Shown one piece after another: positions 59,701 to 64,000 of a stretch of DNA of 64,000 nucleotides (the first letter of the stretch is position 1; each line of letters starts with the position of its first letter). A model generated the notes under the pieces. The model was not told the origin of the DNA. It searched no databases and was given only the letters and a program-made list of their open reading frames with translations. The stretch is from Glycera tridactyla (Eukaryota). The stretch spans positions 27,962,001-28,026,000 of the forward strand of contig OZ286476.1 of assembly GCA_965644265.1 (NCBI GenBank), in the 5' to 3' direction. A program made the position numbers and the translations under genes.

Positions 59701-61006
59701 TGGGGAGTTTTCTATCAGCTTGGGAGAATCTCACAAGCAACCGTTTCATTCTATCCATCATAGACCAAGGCCTAACTATCAGATCTATCTGTACCATTTC
59801 TCCCTCAAATTTAGCATTCCCCGGGCCGAACATTAAAACAATAAGAATCCTATTTAGGGGTGTCCCTCCCGGCGCCGGTAGTTCCTCCAGATGGCAGGTG
59901 GGACTGTTGTTGTCCCTAGCAACTACCGTGTACTCTGTGTATTTTTCAACTTCGCGTCGTACGAGAAGGTTGAGGAATACCTGGGCTCTGTAAAAAATCG
60001 TTTTTTTACGAGGCCTACGGCTATCCGCGTTGCGATATACATATCGGATTGATGATATACAAACAAAAGGATTCATATCACTATCTGGAATGTGCATAGG
60101 ATAGTTTTGCGAACTTGTAAGCGGTGACAGTTTACATTGGGCTTCGTGCTGTAGCACGGAAGGGGTAGCGCTGTCAGGGGGTGAAACTGCGCATCGCAGT
60201 GTCGATTAGGCTGATTCCAACACAATTGAGTTCCGAGAGCGAGTTTCGGCTAGAATATCGGGATATGTTGGAGTGAATCTGTCCGGCTGTGCGTCCGTCC
60301 GTCTGTGCGACCGTCCGTCTGTGCGTCCGTCCGTCTGTGCGCCGGTCCGTCTGTGCAGCTATGCGGCTGGCAATCCGCACTAGAGAGTATTCATATTGAC
60401 TGTTTGAATGATGTTGTCGTTGCGTTAGACTCGCTCCGTATAAGAGTTTGACAGCTGCGTGTTCGCAGGTTTGTTTACCTCACGATTGCGTTCCGAGAGC
60501 GAGTGTCGACTCGATATCGGGCCTGTTGAGCGTCCTGTGTAGCGTTTCTCGGAGAGCTTCGAGTATATTAGTTGTGGAACTGTCTGTTCGTCTATACGTC
60601 TGTGTATCTGTTTTGACGTTTGTATACAGCACGAATGCGGCTGTCAATCCGCACTAGAGAGTACTTATCCCACTCAATCATACTTTACACACACAATAAT
60701 GCATTCATTGATGGTGGGTTGGAATAAGATATACTATACAAAACTGTGTTGATGTTGTCTCGTTGGTGAGAGCTTTGAAATGGCGTTTCAAACACGCCTG
60801 TGATTTTCATATCCTGCTCTTGTATTGTTGATATCAGCCTGAGCTGTGAAATGGCGTTTCAGACACGCTTGTGATTTTCATATCTTGCTCTGTATATTGT
60901 TGATCCCAGCCTGAGATAGCACAGTGAGAAGTGGTCCCCCCCTGAGACGCGCATAATTGATACCCTGATCCATAGCCCAACTGATAACAATAAAAAAGTC
61001 ACCAAC

Positions 61007-63631
61007 ATGTCTTCTAACCAGAAACAAGCAGCCTGTGGACATTCAATGGCAATGTGGGATGACCACAATCAATGTCCATCATGCAGACCATGCAGAGATT
61101 TAGAAGCAGGCACTGGTCACCAGAAGACATGCAGTATTTGTGAAGATTGGACCCAGGATAGATGGGATGAGATTCACAATAGACATAGGTTTTCCTTGAG
61201 AAGAAAATCAAAATCTTGCGAGAGTCTGCCCAGAGTATCTGCCCCTAGAACCTACGTTTCCTAAAAAGCTTCAGGTTCCCATATTCTCAAATCTGCTAAG
61301 ATTATCCTAGATAAGCTCCCTACTAGATCAGAAGTGTCAGAGACTAGTAGTAACATGGCAGATGAAATGGAGTTGAGACCAAATTTAGTTGAGTCTATCA
61401 GATTGAGGAAAGAGTTGGCTAGGAAAAGAATAGAAGCTAACACTGAGCAGACAGCAAGGGTAGATCCTCCAGATATCACTGGACCCTCATCTTTGGAGGG
61501 TGGACATCCTAAAAACAAGGAGGATAATTCAGTTCATGAATCTATGACATCACCAAGGTCCTCATTGAGGTCCAGGCCCTTGAGTAGGAAGAGCAGTATT
61601 CCTCGACCGATCAGCAATCGGTCATATAGGTCAGTTAGGGAGGTTGCACAGGAGAATGAGTTGGTGGACACCTCCCAGATAGAACAGACAATGAGGAATG
61701 ACTCTCCACATAGACTAATGGGCCAGAAGAAACAGATACTGAGAGGGAATGATAGCGAACAGGAGTTCGACCCTCCAGTCAGTAGCAGACGAGATAAGTC
61801 AGATTCAGATAAGGAATCAGATAGTGACAAGGTTGAGGAAGTAGAGCAGCATTCTTTACATGGAACCACAGTCACAAATCAAAATCGTCCAGCTAATAAT
61901 GAGACACAGTTGAGACATGCATCGGTGAGAGAGGAGATGCATAACGATTCTACCGCACAGACACAATCTAGGGCCAAGCAGAGAGTAGTTCTGGCGCAGG
62001 TACATAAAAAAAAGTCTGATGATGAAGAGGAGGTTGGTTTACAAACAAGATTGTTTGGTTCTCCATCATCGGTTCACTCTTCCACAGAGGAACAGCTCCA
62101 AGAGCTAACTAAAAAGAAACAGGAGATGGAGGACAAGCTCAAGGATATAGACAAATTTATGAAGGAGATGAGGTCTAATACAAATCAGAGACCTACTATG
62201 GTTCATCCAGACACAAATAAGAGGAAAGCTGATCAGAACTCAGCAGCCAAACCGACTAAGGTCAGGAAGATCACCCCTTGTACAGCTGCAGCTCCAGGTC
62301 AGGTTGCCATTATGGGAGATAGTCGGGTGATCAATGATTCTCCTGATAAATTAGATCAGAGGAGAACAGAAGATTTACACTCAGAAGCCCACTTCCAGGC
62401 AATGCAAAATAGAATAGACTCGCTAGAGAGTAAGCTGGAGAAGAAATCAGTAGAGTGCAGAAGGGATGATTCAGGCCATGAGTCAGAAGGAGAGAAAGAA
62501 AAACCAGCAGTGCGGAGGAGGATGAGATCATTCAGAAAATTTGCGGCGGAGATGCTCCCATCCATTATCACTATTCCAGATACCTGTGATGAGGAGGGAG
62601 AAGGAGTGGCCCAAACTCATGGAATTGAGGAGTCAGATGAGGATGAAGCAGAAAGAGAGGCTGAAAATATAGCAGAGACTTCCCTTCCATTAGCGTCACT
62701 GCTTATCAATAGCCAAGAGATACTAGATAGAGCCTTACAAGGTCGAGATAAAGGTCAGAAGCTTGTTCCCATCACAACTCCTATGGAAGAGTTTAAACTA
62801 GGGAGGGGAGGTATGGTAGAGTCGTCTGCAAAATATTTCAGGGCTTCCATTCCTCGGACATATGGATGCAACTCCCATTCTTATAAGATAAGAAAGACAG
62901 GGGAGAGATCTAAACGATATTTGGTAGAGGCCCCACAAATAGATTCAGATTTCGTGAAATATGGAAAATCCTCAAAAGTAGATCTCAAACCCTCAAATGA
63001 CGAGCTGACCCTGAGGGAAGCTATAAAGACTCTGTCATATGCAGACTTTGCATTAGCTACAAGTTTATGTGCAGCAGCAGCAGATGTGTCTGAAGCTGAA
63101 GTCAAAGATATAAAGAAGAAAGCTAAGAATGCAACGAGAGTGGGTCTGAAAGCCATTGAACACACTGCACAATTAGTATTGAAAGTGACAGGAAATATGG
63201 AGTTAGTGAGGGGAACTCAAGCCCTTAGAACCTTGGATTTCGATGAACAAACTAAGTCACAACTAAGAGCCTTACCTTTAGGTCAGGAGGAGCTGTTTGG
63301 AGGGAAATTGCTGGAAGCTTCCAAACAATCATTTGAAGCAGGCAGAGTATCTCTTGAATTGGCTTATGATTTTAGGACTCCTACATATCTACGCTCCCAG
63401 TCTCAAGGAGCCCCTAGAGGTTCACAACAGTTCAGAGCCAGAGGTACAGGTAACTTCAAAGGTAGAGGCCAGAGGAGTCGAGGTAGAGGCAGAGGGAGAG
63501 GTGCCCAGAATAATAACAACAACAAATTTGACAATAATGAGTACAATCAGCATCAATTCCAGAGAACAAATCAGGAAACGAGAGGTAATTTCACTAGAGG
63601 GAGAGGACGTGGTAAACGTCGTCGGCCCTAG
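61007..63631 (+). CDS. DIRS-like gag (874 codons, one in-frame TAA at 61262-61264)
   Basis: N-terminal CGH-x5-DDH-x2-CPSCRPC...CSIC; C-terminal half aligns with element A gag; RG-rich tail. Confidence 0.78.
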
Positions 63632-63656
63632 GGGGACGAGCGTCACTTCCTCGGAG

Positions 63657-64000
63657 ATGCAGATTGTGGGAGCTCGCCTGATGCAGTTTCATTCACAGTG
63701 GCACAGCCTAACGAAGAACAGATTTGTTCTGAATATCATCAGAGAGGGTCTGACCCTATCCTTCAAGGAGATTCCTCTACTATCTCCAGTAGCTCTTCCG
63801 TTTTCATTACCAAAGAACATGGAAAAGAGAGAGGCGTTGCTCTTGGAGATCAGGAACATGATGCAGAAACAAGCAATAATCAGAATTTGCCCGGAAGAGG
63901 AACCGGGTTTCTATTGCAATCTGTTCCTGGTCTCCAAGGCAACAGGGGGTTTTCGCCCCGTCATAAATTTAAGACCGTTGAATATCCTTCTACACAACCA
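63657..64000 (+). CDS. DIRS-like reverse transcriptase, N-terminal part
   Basis: IVGARLMQFHSQW...PGFYCNLFLVSKATGGFRPVINLRPLN; the frame is open upstream and overlaps the gag end. Confidence 0.9.
   Translation, partial: MQIVGARLMQFHSQWHSLTKNRFVLNIIREGLTLSFKEIPLLSPVALPFSLPKNMEKREALLLEIRNMMQKQAIIRICPEEEPGFYCNLFLVSKATGGFRPVINLRPLNILLHN

Larger units (their letters stand above)
51052..59790 (+). mobile_element. DIRS-like (tyrosine-recombinase group) retrotransposon A: decayed gag and RT start, split by a LINE and by element B
   Basis: Gag from 51678 (CGH...DLHEFCPSCRNC) rejoins in frame at 56923; further lesions near 58645, 58883 and 59480; RT start VGARLGSFLSAW at 59688; left terminus shared with element B. 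The recombinase itself is not in the window. Confidence 0.8.
59791..64000 (+). mobile_element. DIRS-like retrotransposon B, inserted in the RT gene of element A; runs off the window
   Basis: Starts gtacc-att-tctccctcaaatttagcat(t)cccc like element A; gag followed by an overlapping RT frame. Confidence 0.85.

Overview
Invertebrate (non-vertebrate metazoan) genomic DNA, not prokaryotic. The host content is a head-to-tail pair of divergent, non-alpha nicotinic-acetylcholine-receptor-like (Cys-loop) channel genes on the + strand. Copy 1 (6311-27996) has 10 exons and gives a reconstructed 443-aa protein. Its M4-coding last exon is split by a 3.8-kb near-intact APE-RT LINE. Copy 2 (35520-50362) shows exons 1-5 only; its intron 5 is filled by more than 13 kb of nested DIRS-like/LINE/DIRS-like insertions running off the window end. 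The introns also hold a Neptune-type Penelope-like element (RT plus GIY-YIG, an overlapping upstream ORF, and a complete type I hammerhead ribozyme whose stem III closes a 180-nt structured loop), a Merlin/IS1595-type transposase, RTE and CR1/L2 fragments, tRNA-derived SINEs, MITEs and tandem repeats. There is one 132-N assembly gap. All calls are by eye from the sequence and the supplied ORF track; no database searches were run.
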